Source: a virus (lineage: Duplodnaviria > Heunggongvirae > Uroviricota > Caudoviricetes). From it: a stretch of DNA of 23,459 bases. The position numbers and the translations under genes are program-made. Below, one piece after another: positions 22,130 to 23,459 of the stretch; within the stretch, counting starts at the first letter, position 1, and each line of letters starts with the position of its first letter. A model generated the notes under the pieces. That model did not search any database and had not been told where the DNA came from. It saw only the letters and a list, made by a program, of their open reading frames with translations. Location of the stretch: the IMG/VR virus record IMGVR_UViG_3300035180_000678; one strand, 5' to 3'.

Positions 22130-23098
22130 ATGGCTACCAAACCCAAACCTGATTTCAAGCCGCAGTTGGCTTGCGACTTCGAGGAATCGAAGCTGAAGTT
22201 CCCTCTCATAGCCATGCCCAAGATCGACGGCGTGCGTGGGATCAACTTCAGTGGCACGCTCACCGGGCGCAGCCTGAAGCTGCACGACAACCCGCACGTC
22301 ACGGCACGCTTCTCCGGGGAGCAGTTCATCGGCTTCGATGGCGAAATCGTCACCGACGACTGGACGCATCCGGACCTGTGCCGGAAGACCTCCGGCGACC
22401 TTCGTCGCAAGAAGGCTCCGACGCACTGCGATGCGGTGTGGTACATCTTCGACTACATCGCCCCGCACATGCAAGACCAAGCCTACCACGAACGGCTGAA
22501 TGCCGTGGAGGAATTGGTCACGGCTCTGCAAGCGGAAGGCTACAGCTACGTCCGCATGGTGCCGTGGAAGCTGGTGCATTCGCTGGAAGAACTTCTCGAC
22601 CTTGAGAATGTCTGGCTGTCGATGGGATTCGAGGGAGTCATCATGCGCGATCCGAACGCCCCGCACAAGCATGGCCGGGCCACCGTGAAGGCGGGGTCTT
22701 ACCTCCGCATCAAGCGTTTCATGGACTTCGAGGTGCGTGTCATCGAAGTCACCGAAGCGATGGAAAACCAGAACGAGGCCAAGACGAACGAACTGGGCCG
22801 CACCGAGCGTTCGACGCATCAGGAAAACCTCGTGCCGAAGGGTATGGCGGGGATGCTGAAGGCCGAAGTGCTGAAGGATGTCGTCTGGAATGGCAAGACG
22901 TTGATGACGGCGGGACAGGTCATCGACGTGGGGCCGGGCAACATGAACCACGATGACCGTGTGAAGTTCTTCAAGAACCCCGAACTCCTGACCTCCGAGG
23001 TGTCGAAGGTGAAGTTCTTCCCGCACGGCCAGAAGGACAAGCCTCGCTTCCCCACGTGGGTCTGCATCCGCTCCAAGGAGGACATGAGCGAGGGCTGA
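22130..23098 (+). CDS. ATP-dependent DNA ligase
   Basis: AAGGAGA SD; motifs PKIDGVRG (KxDG), FDGEIV, YIFD, EGVIMR, RIKRF, RFPTW. Confidence 0.93.
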   Translation: MATKPKPDFKPQLACDFEESKLKFPLIAMPKIDGVRGINFSGTLTGRSLKLHDNPHVTARFSGEQFIGFDGEIVTDDWTHPDLCRKTSGDLRRKKAPTHCDAVWYIFDYIAPHMQDQAYHERLNAVEELVTALQAEGYSYVRMVPWKLVHSLEELLDLENVWLSMGFEGVIMRDPNAPHKHGRATVKAGSYLRIKRFMDFEVRVIEVTEAMENQNEAKTNELGRTERSTHQENLVPKGMAGMLKAEVLKDVVWNGKTLMTAGQVIDVGPGNMNHDDRVKFFKNPELLTSEVSKVKFFPHGQKDKPRFPTWVCIRSKEDMSEG

Positions 23099-23160
23099 TT
23101 TCGGACTTTCCGAGATTCCTTGAAAATCCATGAGATTGACATGGGAATTTCGGAATTTGC

Positions 23161-23188
23161 TTGACATGCTCCGAAAACTGAGCACAAT
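23161..23188 (+). promoter_or_regulatory. sigma70 promoter
   Basis: TTGACA-16-CACAAT; 30/35 identical to the promoter at 16181-16215. Confidence 0.75.
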
Positions 23189-23249
23189 GGGAACCGTCAG
23201 ACAGGGAATGGTTCTCTGTCGGCAGGATGCAATCACAGGAGAACGCATC

Positions 23250-23459
23250 ATGGCTACCTCGACGATCCGTGCCCCCCGCAAGACGCTGACGCTGCCGAAG
23301 ACGGCTGCCAACACGCGTGCCGCCCTCAAGGCTGGCGAGAAGGAAGTGCCGCGTCACGACGCGCCGAAGCCCCCGAGCAACAGCATGTGGGTCCACGCGC
23401 TGCAAGACGCGGGCGGCTTCCACCGTGACGCGCTGCAACTCGAACTCGCGGTCGGCCTC
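23250..23459 (+). CDS. 3'-truncated hypothetical protein (MATSTIRAPRKTLTLPK...)
   Basis: AGGAGA SD; open to the window end; good codon usage. Confidence 0.75.
   Translation, partial: MATSTIRAPRKTLTLPKTAANTRAALKAGEKEVPRHDAPKPPSNSMWVHALQDAGGFHRDALQLELAVGL

Overview
A segment of a large, GC-rich (about 60% by eye) lytic tailed-phage genome, probably infecting a proteobacterium (sigma70 promoters, TTATCCACA DnaA boxes, type IV prepilin motif). It has three blocks. (1) 1-9355: a dense, translationally coupled + strand operon of small hypothetical genes plus a DRB0094-type RNA ligase, a macrodomain protein, a PRTase-fold protein, RtcB, a mini type IV prepilin, a SLOG/DUF2493-like protein and three RMF-like peptides. 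(2) About 9360-20760: a compositionally distinct block. It holds a repeat- and palindrome-rich non-coding zone, a serine recombinase and three perfect DnaA boxes. It then carries about 25 short minus-strand genes, most with their own sigma70 promoter and many next to a TAGGG-N4/5-CCCT(T)A palindrome. Among them are an acidic ArdA-like protein and two copies of a putative ~50-nt RNA. I infer that this block is a long terminal repeat or first-injected (pre-early) host-takeover module, with a T5-like injection-stop or origin region on its distal side. (3) 20887-23459: dUTPase, ATP-dependent DNA ligase and small genes. All family calls come from motifs recognised by eye; no database searches were run. 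Start codons were re-chosen using Shine-Dalgarno (SD) sites, so they often differ from the supplied ORF track.
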